DNA of 64,000 nt from a virus. A model generated the notes under the pieces. That model saw nothing but the letters and a program-made list of their open reading frames with translations, did not search any database and was not told the DNA's origin. Numbering within the stretch: the stretch's first letter is position 1; each line of letters opens with the position of its first letter. A program made the position numbers and the translations under genes. The stretch covers positions 22,856 through 86,855 of IMG/VR virus record IMGVR_UViG_3300009163_000026. One strand, given 5' to 3'. Shown here one piece after another: positions 27,476-35,147 of this stretch.

Positions 27476-28684
27476 TTAAGGAAGACTTCTAATCATCGCT
27501 CCCTCGAAGAATCCGGTTACCGTAACATTATTACTTGCTATGACCCAAATTTGCATTTTATCTCCCGCTGTACATGAAAGAATAGTTTGACAAGTGCTTC
27601 TAACTGTAGCCGCGCCCATTTGATTTCCTTCTATCATACTAACTCCATTTTGCTTAATCCTTGGATTTATGTTGGCGACTCCGGCGACGCTATTGTAAAT
27701 CGTTGATAGAAATAAATAGTATCCCGTTATAGGTATTGTATACTCACCGGCTGAAACTCCACTATTTGTATCATACATCACCGTAAAGTTTGTAAGTCTT
27801 TCATCAATATTCCCATTAGGCACAATGGTTGTTGTCGTCGTGGGTACAATTGTAACCTTAAACAATGGTCCTTGACCAACGACGTTAGGGGCGAGTTTAA
27901 CTTGAGTAATAGCTTGGTTGTTAATCCTATCAGTTGTAACAGCGCTTAAGGCTATTCTATCGGTTGTTACCGCAGTTAAAGCAAGCTTAGCTGTTGTGAT
28001 CGCCTTATTGTTAATTACCTCGGTCGTCACTGCACTTAATGAGATTTTGTCTGTTGTTATTGTAAGCCCAGCAAGTGCATCATTAAGTATGTTTGGAGCT
28101 AGTTTTGCTAGCGTGACAGATTGGTTGTTAATCCTGTCAGTTGTAACAGCGCTTAAGGCTATCTTATCAGTTGTGATAGCGGTTAGAGCTATTCTATCAG
28201 TTGTAATAGCGCTTAAAGCTATCTTATCAGTTGTAATAGCTTTATTGTTAATTACTGCGGTTGTTACTGCACTTAAAGCAATCTTCTCTGTTGTAACAGC
28301 CTGACTGTAAATCTTTGGTGTTATGACAGAGTCTACAGCAAGCTTATCTGAATTAACAGCTTGATTTACAATTTTTACTGTTGTAACAGAATCAACAGCG
28401 AGCTTATCCGCTGTAACAGCGAGGTTGTTAATTCTATTAGTTGTGACAGCACTTAAAGCAATTTTCTCTGTTGTTATAGCACTTAAAGCAATTTTCTCTG
28501 TTGTAATCTGTGATTCTGCAACTGCAGGAATTTGAGATATAATAGATGCAGCAAAATTCGCTATTGTTATTTTTTTATTAGTACCACTTGTAGACATAGT
28601 TGTATCTGCAATGTCAACTAGTTGTAATACGTCTGTAGCTCTTAGGTTAGTTGCTGCTGTTAGTGACGTGATTTTGCGTGCCAT
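27476..28684 (-). CDS. Tail-fibre-like protein with 10-aa AITTDKIALS repeats and C1q-like C-terminal domain; start re-called at MARKITSL
   Basis: About 20 decapeptide repeats; DTN..GEYTIPITGYY..AGDKMQIW C1q/TNF-like pattern; ACTAAATA upstream. Confidence 0.75.
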   Translation of the reverse strand: MARKITSLTAATNLRATDVLQLVDIADTTMSTSGTNKKITIANFAASIISQIPAVAESQITTEKIALSAITTEKIALSAVTTNRINNLAVTADKLAVDSVTTVKIVNQAVNSDKLAVDSVITPKIYSQAVTTEKIALSAVTTAVINNKAITTDKIALSAITTDRIALTAITTDKIALSAVTTDRINNQSVTLAKLAPNILNDALAGLTITTDKISLSAVTTEVINNKAITTAKLALTAVTTDRIALSAVTTDRINNQAITQVKLAPNVVGQGPLFKVTIVPTTTTTIVPNGNIDERLTNFTVMYDTNSGVSAGEYTIPITGYYLFLSTIYNSVAGVANINPRIKQNGVSMIEGNQMGAATVRSTCQTILSCTAGDKMQIWVIASNNVTVTGFFEGAMIRSLP

Positions 28685-28734
28685 ATCTATATTTAGTCTA
28701 ATAGGTAAACAACTAAACTGATTACTAAAACTAT

Positions 28735-28768
28735 AGACCCTCACCTAGCGTTAGCCAAGTGAGGGTCT
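28735..28768 (-). terminator. Hairpin after the porin gene
   Basis: AGACCCTCAC..GTGAGGGTCT stem. Confidence 0.55.
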
Positions 28769-28795
28769 TGTAATTGTTAATATTAACGTTACGTA

Positions 28796-29533
28796 TTAGA
28801 ACGCACGCTTGAAGGCGATGCCGCCAAAGAATTCGTTCTCTGTATTGCCGTTAGCGCCTTGAAAATCGCTCAGTGAGATTGAGTATGCCACAAACGGTAC
28901 AGCAACAATGCCGCAGAATGTAGTATCGATTTCAGTAGACAGGGTTGTCTCTACATAAGTAGCCTCTCCTTGTTCTACGATATAACCAAGAGCTGTATTC
29001 AGATCAAGGGTAAAGGGCAGACCGAAGCTGTTTTTATAATCGACGCTGAATTCACCGTAGCTATTGTTGTCTCCTTCAACAGCGATATACTGTGTAAGGG
29101 ATAGATCAACAGGACCAACAGCTCTCGAAACGCCAAGGCCAACCTCCTGAGCTGCACCGCCAGTGTTGGTGACGAAGCCAGAGCTAAACCAGGTATAGCT
29201 TGCCGAGAAGCGAAAGTCGGCGATGTCTTTAGAAAAGACAGCAGACAGATCACCTTGATTATCCTCAATGGATTGCGAATTACTATAATCAGCAATCAAA
29301 CTAAGGTTAATATCAGCAGGTAGAACGATTGAACCAGTAACAACAGCAGACGCTTCATTCTGACCAATGTCTTGACCACGCCACATGTTAGTTGAACTAT
29401 AACCAACTTCAACGCTTGCATCAATTGTAGGTGATGGGCTTGGAGTTAGTTGAGGTGAACCAGCCGTAACGACTTGTACATTAGCGAGTGTAGCTAGAGC
29501 TACGATTGTAAACAGTGTGTTTAGTTTCTTCAT
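28796..29533 (-). CDS. Outer-membrane beta-barrel protein (TorF/Gcw_chp-like porin)
   Basis: Sec signal peptide; YSSTNMWRGQD; alternating beta strands; terminal Phe (FFGGIAFKRAF). Confidence 0.75.
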   Translation of the reverse strand: MKKLNTLFTIVALATLANVQVVTAGSPQLTPSPSPTIDASVEVGYSSTNMWRGQDIGQNEASAVVTGSIVLPADINLSLIADYSNSQSIEDNQGDLSAVFSKDIADFRFSASYTWFSSGFVTNTGGAAQEVGLGVSRAVGPVDLSLTQYIAVEGDNNSYGEFSVDYKNSFGLPFTLDLNTALGYIVEQGEATYVETTLSTEIDTTFCGIVAVPFVAYSISLSDFQGANGNTENEFFGGIAFKRAF

Positions 29534-29577
29534 ATAAGAATAATGTAAACACTGTAACTGTTAATGCAAGCAGAAAA

Positions 29578-29889
29578 TTAAATCTCTTTCCAGCCGCAAC
29601 CACAGCATAAAAATTGCTTATCCATGTAAGAGCCATACCCTTTAGTTCTAACTAAAACAGCATCCCCTACAGAAAGAGCGCGATGTGATTTCCATCGTGT
29701 GCTAAGTATTTCAAGCTGCGATTGACTTAATAATGACTCTGGTGCATTGGAGATATGAAAGGCTTCTTCTGCTGCAGCTTCACCCTGACACTCCGTCCAA
29801 TACCATAACGCAAATGTACGATGCGCGTCGCGTTCTTCAGAAAATAATTTTGTATTATCAATATTTAAATAAATCTCTACTTCCGTCAT
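29578..29889 (-). CDS. Hypothetical protein with RALSVGD (YodL-like) motif
   Basis: AF..N..RALSVGDAV..C...GW; GGAAC promoter 29896-29911. Confidence 0.65.
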   Translation of the reverse strand: MTEVEIYLNIDNTKLFSEERDAHRTFALWYWTECQGEAAAEEAFHISNAPESLLSQSQLEILSTRWKSHRALSVGDAVLVRTKGYGSYMDKQFLCCGCGWKEI

Positions 29890-29938
29890 ACCTTGATTAT
29901 AAGGATGTTCCTTTCAACTAAGTTACGAGCCAAAAATA

Positions 29939-30151
29939 TTACCAATAAGGACTTCTCCTAAGAGAGTAATAATAATTCAACGGCCTTGAATAGTATTCGT
30001 AAGGATAGGAATACCTTGGGTAAAATCTGTAATAATTAACACACGGATATTCTATGGGCTCAATATAAGCCGGGTCAATATATACATTACCTGTTGGTGT
30101 TATGACGCAAGAACACAATGCTAGTGATGCAAGTAAGGATAATAGTTTCAT
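29939..30151 (-). CDS. Small Tyr/Pro-rich lipoprotein
   Basis: MKLLSLLASLALCSC lipobox. Confidence 0.6.
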   Translation of the reverse strand: MKLLSLLASLALCSCVITPTGNVYIDPAYIEPIEYPCVNYYRFYPRYSYPYEYYSRPLNYYYSLRRSPYW

Positions 30152-30169
30152 GTTGATATTTAGTATATA

Positions 30170-30246
30170 TGGTGAGAGTGGAGGAATTCGAATCCCCGAC
30201 CTAAGGAGTAGAAATCCTTTGCTCTATCCAGCTGAGCTACACTCCC
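30170..30246 (-). tRNA. tRNA-Arg(UCU)
   Basis: Cloverleaf; anticodon arm AAGGA-TTTCTAC-TCCTT; CCA encoded. Confidence 0.9.
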
Positions 30247-30257
30247 TTTTATAAATT

Positions 30258-30334
30258 TGGTACCCCCGCTTGGGCTTGAACCAAGGACCTGTCGATTATG
30301 AGTCGAATGCTCTAACCAGCTGAGCTACAAGGGT
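30258..30334 (-). tRNA. tRNA with CAU anticodon, Ile2-like (or elongator Met)
   Basis: Cloverleaf; CGA-CTCATAA-TCG arm like bacterial Ile2; CCA encoded. Confidence 0.88.
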
Positions 30335-30380
30335 ATATAGAAAATTATTCGAACCTTTTAAAGACATGCTCAGGTCTTAC

Positions 30381-30403
30381 CTAAGTATATCGAAGTTCCT
30401 TAA
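30381..30403 (-). promoter_or_regulatory. RNA-operon promoter GGAAC-TTCGA-TATACT, identical 23-mer at 31507-31529
   Basis: ctaagtatatcgaagttccttaa occurs twice, each upstream of RNA genes. Confidence 0.75.
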
Positions 30404-30597
30404 GCGGAAGCCTTAGCGTCTCGGCGTGCATTCTTCTCAGCAGTAATCTCATTGCGGCGAGCTTTAGCAACAGCGATGATTTCCTGAAGAACCTTACGTG
30501 CACGTGTTGAAGCAGATGCATTACCATTAATAAACTTCTCATCATCTACTGAGAAGGTACCTGCAAGTTGAATTAGTTGTTCTGTTGTCTTTGTCAT
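30400..30597 (-). CDS. Histone H1-like Hc1 family protein
   Basis: KF..GNASASTRARKVLQEI..AKARRNEI. Confidence 0.8.
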   Translation of the reverse strand: MTKTTEQLIQLAGTFSVDDEKFINGNASASTRARKVLQEIIAVAKARRNEITAEKNARRDAKASA

Positions 30598-30652
30598 ATG
30601 AGTTATTTTATAATAAAGCTCGTTGATATCAAGGAGGTATTTATAAGAAAGG

Positions 30653-30809
30653 TTTTATCTGCCAGACCTTAGAGTCCTATACCCCTCGCGCATAGGAAAG
30701 CATCTTCGCCGAGTCACGGAAGGGCCACTTTGTAGAAACTTTCGTTTCCTCAGACGGATCTTCGGCATAGGTCTTCACAGCTGTGTGTAGATATTCTCGA
30801 CAGATAAAA
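30653..30809 (-). ncRNA. Unassigned multi-stem structured RNA candidate A (about 157 nt)
   Basis: Nested stems UUUUAUCUGUC/GGCAGAUAAAA, AGACCU/AGGUCU, GCCGA/UCGGC, GGAAAC-GAAA-GUUUCU, UCCUAUGC/GUAUAGGA. Confidence 0.65.
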
Positions 30810-30849
30810 ATTGTGGAGGAAGCCCGTAACCTCCGTATGGCTTTTTAAG

Positions 30850-30997
30850 CAGTGAGAGAAGCTCGAAACTCTCAATAAGTGATTTGTCAGACTGGTTCAC
30901 TCAGACCTTGATAGGCTTTTTATATTTACAATGTATGGTTATTAACCCACACGGAATCTCAAGCCTGTAAGTATATTGCTATACTCCTAACTCACCG
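30850..30997 (-). ncRNA. Unassigned structured RNA candidate B
   Basis: Closing CGGUGAG/CUCACUG; AGUAUA-GCAA-UAUACU; AGGCU/AGCCU; UGAGUGA/UCACUUA; T-loop-like UUCGA hairpin. Confidence 0.5.
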
Positions 30998-31014
30998 ATT
31001 GGCATTGCAAAAAA

Positions 31015-31117
31015 TGGTCAATGTAGACAGAATCGAACTGTCGCTTCGGCATGTTTGCCTATCCTATCGGACAAGAAACCCTTTGCTTGGGGTGTGCTAC
31101 CACTACACTATACATTG
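31015..31117 (-). tRNA. Atypical 103-nt tRNA-like RNA with no canonical anticodon loop and two extra hairpins
   Basis: CAATGTA/TACATTG-ACCA acceptor, GTGT-AGTGGTA-GCAC D arm, GACAG-TTCGATT-CTGTC T arm. Confidence 0.7.
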
Positions 31118-31122
31118 AAAAT

Positions 31123-31196
31123 TGGAGCGTAATAAGAGAATCGAACTCTTGACACCTACTTGGAAAGAAGGAGTTTTACCATTAAACTAATCACGC
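31123..31196 (-). tRNA. tRNA-Gly(UCC)
   Basis: GCG start, loop TTTCCAA, U73, CCA encoded. Confidence 0.9.
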
Positions 31197-31204
31197 GAAA
31201 AAAG

Positions 31205-31279
31205 TTGCGGGTTTCGGAATTGCACCGAAACTATTTCTGCTTATGAGACAGATCCAGCACTGCTACTGATTGACCCGCG
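31205..31279 (-). tRNA. Initiator-like tRNA-Met(CAU), atypical
   Basis: CGCGGGT/ACCCGCA with C1:A72 mismatch; TCTGT-CTCATAA-GCAGA; T loop TGCAATT; CCA not encoded. Confidence 0.78.
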
Positions 31280-31297
31280 ATTTAAAAATTTAAAGAG

Positions 31298-31397
31298 CTT
31301 TAACAGGCATACGACCTCGACAGTCCGAAGACTAGAACTTAATCTAAATCGAGAGCATCGCCACTCTTCATGAGTCCGGTTGCATTTTATATCAAAG
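31298..31397 (-). ncRNA. Unassigned structured RNA candidate C (about 100 nt)
   Basis: Closing CUUUGAUA/UGUUAAAG; ACUC-AUGAA-GAGU; CUCGA/UCGAG; AGUC-UUCG-GACU. Confidence 0.55.
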
Positions 31398-31525
31398 AGC
31401 GAAAATTAATCACTAACCTTTAGTTAGTGAGGATCTTTCAAGTCTGGCTAATCCCTACTCAATCGATCCGTTTATATTGTAAATACTATTTATACTTTAT
31501 CTACTTCTAAGTATATCGAAGTTCC

Positions 31526-31693
31526 TTAACCTGGTTTCGATCCAAAGACAATTCGTGAGGAATATGAATGCTGATTGTATTCAAAATGCATCATATCACC
31601 AGCAAAGGTCTCTTCAATGTCGATAAATTCAGTGTCCTCAACGTTCACCCAACCGTAATGCTTATCCGTAAATACCCAAGTATTGTCTTTCAT
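31526..31693 (-). CDS. Small hypothetical protein; start re-called at MKDNTW
   Basis: GGAAC promoter 31700-31715. Confidence 0.65.
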   Translation of the reverse strand: MKDNTWVFTDKHYGWVNVEDTEFIDIEETFAGDMMHFEYNQHSYSSRIVFGSKPG

Positions 31694-31700
31694 ATGATTA

Positions 31701-32186
31701 TTATAAGTAAGTTCCATTGAAAATTAGCGGTGTTAATAATTCTGCTCGACTGATCGCTTCAGCCTCCCAAGGTAAGCTAGTATACTCTTCATCGCAAGAA
31801 GGTTTAACAGTCACAATATCCTTACCTTTCCATTTATAGCATTGAGCTTTGGAGCTATTTCCGAGTCTCTTAGCGTAAAATTGCTCGATATGCACGAGCT
31901 CATGTAACAACGTATCTTTAAAAGAGTCGAAATCTTGCCGCACATCAACCTCAACAATATAATTCTTACCGTATGACGTTAAAGGTATGTGCTCCGTCGT
32001 AGCGCTGCCGTAAATATTGCGAATTGGTCGCAAGCGTATGAACAGATTTCTAGGTAAGATCATATGCTTTCTAATATCCTTAAACCGCTCTTTGATGACA
32101 TCAGCTAGAAGCCGTGCATATGCGCGGTGTTCTCTGTAGTTACCGGAAAGAATTGATGAAGATATGGTAATGGTGGGTAAACTCAT
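31701..32186 (-). CDS. Zinc metallopeptidase-like protein (HExxH)
   Basis: TLLHELVHIEQ..WKGK..Y..LPWEAEA. Confidence 0.8.
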   Translation of the reverse strand: MSLPTITISSSILSGNYREHRAYARLLADVIKERFKDIRKHMILPRNLFIRLRPIRNIYGSATTEHIPLTSYGKNYIVEVDVRQDFDSFKDTLLHELVHIEQFYAKRLGNSSKAQCYKWKGKDIVTVKPSCDEEYTSLPWEAEAISRAELLTPLIFNGTYL

Positions 32187-32359
32187 TATGCGGGTATAAT
32201 TTTAATGATTTCGCTTATATCTGGGCATATTTCGTAAAAGAAATCACGCGCTTCTGTCTTATCTGCAGCATAAACAATAATTGAATTCTCCAGCTGCGTC
32301 CGTGGTACAATAAATTTTACAAAATACATTCCTAAATTTTTAACCTTGGCTTCTCTCAT
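32186..32359 (-). CDS. 57-aa hypothetical protein (MREAKVKNLGMYFVKF...)
   Basis: Hand-translated; GGAAC promoter 32366-32381. Confidence 0.6.
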   Translation of the reverse strand: MREAKVKNLGMYFVKFIVPRTQLENSIIVYAADKTEARDFFYEICPDISEIIKIIPA

Positions 32360-32382
32360 ACCATTATTATATTAGAGTTCCC

Positions 32383-32580
32383 TTAACTCTTAACTCTTAA
32401 ACAACGCAGGTTGATCAGTTGTCTTGGTGAGATATAGAATGTATTCTCTGGATCGGAATATGATCTGAGCATATAACTTCTACCTTCTCTATTCATAGGA
32501 TCTTACCAGAAGATCTCTCGTTCATATTGGTTATAAGCTATTTTGGTTCTTTCACTACGACTGCAAACTTTGTATCTCAT
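32383..32580 (-). pseudogene. Disrupted, truncated MRY-family gene
   Basis: MRYKVCS..IFW-TAA(32503-32505)-DPMNRE..TFYISP then diverges; ATGA overlap with upstream MRY gene. Confidence 0.6.
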
Positions 32581-32942
32581 AGCTTAACTCCTACCTTTGT
32601 TTGTATAAAATTGCGCATATACTTGTTAGCAAAATCACGAATGACTTCCCGTTTATCTTTTGGTACATTATAATACAACATATCATAACACATTGATGCA
32701 TTAAACAGAAAATGGGTCTCAGGCATCATAAAATATATTACAGGCTTTTTAAATCTTAGCTCCCTATCTGCGAAATAGATACCGTCAACATTGTTTTTAA
32801 AAACTACACCCATGCTATAGCCATCCTGCGATCGAAACTCACCTGTATCTTCATCTCTATACCACAACTGACCATCACGCTGCAGCAATGTCCCTTCATT
32901 AGTTCGCTTACCTCCAGAACATTCACATACAATATATCTCAT
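32577..32942 (-). CDS. MRY-family protein
   Basis: MRYIVC; MMPETHFLFNA; TATAAATA at 32951-32958. Confidence 0.8.
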   Translation of the reverse strand: MRYIVCECSGGKRTNEGTLLQRDGQLWYRDEDTGEFRSQDGYSMGVVFKNNVDGIYFADRELRFKKPVIYFMMPETHFLFNASMCYDMLYYNVPKDKREVIRDFANKYMRNFIQTKVGVKL

Positions 32943-32973
32943 CTTTTATATATTTATAAAGTTTTGTATAAAG

Positions 32974-33047
32974 TAGGAGTAGAGAGATTCGAACTCTCAC
33001 TTTACGAATTTTAAGTTCGTTGGCTCTACCCGTTGGCCTATACTCCC
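32974..33047 (-). tRNA. tRNA-Leu(UAA) with short variable loop
   Basis: ACGAA-CTTAAAA-TTCGT; A73; CCA not encoded. Confidence 0.85.
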
Positions 33048-33066
33048 TTTATTATTCGAAGAGCAT

Positions 33067-33312
33067 TTAATCTCTCTTATGCCAAGGCCAATTAACTGCG
33101 ACAGCCAAAGCAATTGAAAAGCTTGCTGCAATAGTTAAAAAGTTCATAAAGCGATGTATCCGGTTAAATGTTTCTAAAGGTACATCATCAGCAAAGCTCG
33201 TGGCGTTAAAGTTATTGATAGCATCGTCAAGCAATGAAACCTCAATAACGCCACGAACTGTAAAAATAACGATGCAGATTACAATTAGGTTAATTATAGT
33301 CTTATTACTCAT
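33067..33312 (-). CDS. Two-TM membrane protein
   Basis: Two hydrophobic segments. Confidence 0.6.
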   Translation of the reverse strand: MSNKTIINLIVICIVIFTVRGVIEVSLLDDAINNFNATSFADDVPLETFNRIHRFMNFLTIAASFSIALAVAVNWPWHKRD

Positions 33313-34341
33313 TTAGTTTTTTGCGTAAATATCAACCAGCTTGTACTCTAACGCAGGACCTTTAACAAACATATCGCCAGCTGCTTTATTAAGCTCAGCG
33401 CTTGCTTTAACACCAATCACTTCGCGTTGATGCGACGCAAGATTTGTAGCAAGATTAAAGACATCGTATAAATTTTCATCAGTATACATGAATCTCGTTT
33501 GCTTCGAATTAAGCTTTTCGATATTATAACCTCTCTCAGCAAATTCTTGTCGCATATTAGCATATTGCGGGAAGAAAGTAGACTTATTCTCTTTACTCAA
33601 GCTATCAGCAACAAGCTTAACCTCATACAACGACGCGCGACAATTGCGGAGACGGTCGACGCGAGGTTTAATTGCGCTAATTGCTTCGCGCGATGAAGAA
33701 TATTTAAGAAACTGCCTACCAATATTAGTATTGTTATTACTATTTCGATATGCAATACCTTGCGATGTTGTCATACCGTTTGTGCAGATGAGTCTATTAA
33801 AGAACTGCTTAAACTGCTGATTGAGAGCGCCAATAGTAGTCGACGTACCGAAATTCCAAAGATCTCCTAAGCCGCAATCTACTTGATCAAGCAGCGCAGC
33901 ATTAACTTCAACCTGGCAATTATGATTGAGGTTAATAGTTTGCAAATTGTGAGTTGAGTTCGACATAATAGCATCAATCAAACTATCAATACGATTATCA
34001 TAATTTAACTGCGTATTTTCTTGAACAGCTTTACTATTTAAAGTAATCATCTGATTATTTTCATTAACAATACCAGAGAACTGTTTCTTTTTATCAATAC
34101 TGCTAATTGCTGCTTGAATATAGTTCCAGTTCTCGTCTGGCTTACTAAAAATATCTTTAGTTAGGTTAGAACGGATACCAAGAGAATCCATAATTTCTTT
34201 ATTGTTACTCACTGCATATTTATCTTTGATATAGATAAAATTTGTATTGTTAACACGTTCACACTTTACATCTGCTGCTGCAAATGGGATAATAGTGTGA
34301 CGTTTTACTGCTTGCTTAATATTTTCAATTTGATCAATCAT
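33313..34341 (-). CDS. DUF932-like protein
   Basis: RLICTNGM; LYDVFNLAT..ASH; GGAAC promoter 34368-34383. Confidence 0.7.
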   Translation of the reverse strand: MIDQIENIKQAVKRHTIIPFAAADVKCERVNNTNFIYIKDKYAVSNNKEIMDSLGIRSNLTKDIFSKPDENWNYIQAAISSIDKKKQFSGIVNENNQMITLNSKAVQENTQLNYDNRIDSLIDAIMSNSTHNLQTINLNHNCQVEVNAALLDQVDCGLGDLWNFGTSTTIGALNQQFKQFFNRLICTNGMTTSQGIAYRNSNNNTNIGRQFLKYSSSREAISAIKPRVDRLRNCRASLYEVKLVADSLSKENKSTFFPQYANMRQEFAERGYNIEKLNSKQTRFMYTDENLYDVFNLATNLASHQREVIGVKASAELNKAAGDMFVKGPALEYKLVDIYAKN

Positions 34342-34410
34342 AATTTTAGGTTACTTCTTACAACCTCATTATATGCTTGTTCCCTTTAAAAAGCAACACT
34401 ATTTAACTCA

Positions 34411-34731
34411 CTATTTACGTTTGAAGAAACTCAATGGATTCTTAGCAAACGCACGACCAAGATCTACGATACCATCAATAATCTCTGGTGAGATAACACC
34501 GATGATCCCGTAAACTATAGCTTTATATAGCGATGAAATATCTGTTTGCTCCAAAACAAACCAAGCAATACCTGCTGCAAGTGCAGCAGTTGTTACCCTT
34601 TTAAATTGATCAAGCAGGCTAATCTTTACATTAGAAGAGAGTAAGCGTGCAAGCATTGATGCAGCACCGATAACTGGCACAAGCCAACCTCCATTAATGA
34701 ATTCTCGTATCAGAGATCTTTCCGGTTCCAT
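34411..34731 (-). CDS. Multi-TM membrane protein, holin-like
   Basis: Three hydrophobic segments, basic tail, CATAAATA upstream, next to 3D-domain gene. Confidence 0.5.
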   Translation of the reverse strand: MEPERSLIREFINGGWLVPVIGAASMLARLLSSNVKISLLDQFKRVTTAALAAGIAWFVLEQTDISSLYKAIVYGIIGVISPEIIDGIVDLGRAFAKNPLSFFKRK

Positions 34732-34742
34732 TATGTTATTAT

Positions 34743-35147
34743 TTATGGCTTTTCAACATAAACTTGCATGTATTGCGGGTTAGTTCGTGCGTTTAAACGT
34801 AATTTTGAGTGAGTGCTAACATAAACATCAAAGACATAACATTTACCACGCGATGCCCTTTTCTTAGTTACTGCAGACCCTCGATCTTGTACGATAAATA
34901 TACCATCATCAAACTTATTTTTAAGTTGCGGTATATATACTTTGGTTCCAAACGCAAAATCAGGGTGAGCAGCAATAGTTACGCTTTCTTTCGCATATCT
35001 TATTTTAGTATCTGCTACCCTGTTACCCCATTTCTTGTCACTACTATAAAACGTTATTCTAGCTTTATATTCACGAACAACTTCTGCTTTACTCTGTATG
35101 CAACTCGTTAGAGTACATAGCAATAATAATATATAAATCATCTTCAC
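34743..35147 (-). CDS. 3D-domain (MltA-like) cell-wall lipoprotein
   Basis: LTSC lipobox; ITFY, IAAHP..FGTKVYIP, VQDRGSAV, FDVYV. Confidence 0.8.
   Translation of the reverse strand: MKMIYILLLLCTLTSCIQSKAEVVREYKARITFYSSDKKWGNRVADTKIRYAKESVTIAAHPDFAFGTKVYIPQLKNKFDDGIFIVQDRGSAVTKKRASRGKCYVFDVYVSTHSKLRLNARTNPQYMQVYVEKP

Noticed and set aside
15128-28304. Plus-strand ORFs such as 15128-15577, 20841-21119, 22056-22322 and 27918-28304
   Set aside because: Antisense shadows of repetitive or low-complexity minus-strand genes, with no promoter motif.
30170-30246. Possible amber suppressor (CTA appears in the anticodon loop) and stop-codon recoding
   Set aside because: The perfect AAGGA/TCCTT stem centres TCT (Arg). 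Long genes read through intact in the standard code, and TAG and TGA both end genes normally.
30735-30755. Hammerhead-like CUGAGGA..GAAA in RNA candidate A
   Set aside because: GAAA is the tetraloop of the GGAAAC/GUUUCU hairpin rather than following stem II, and no stem III/UH site fits.
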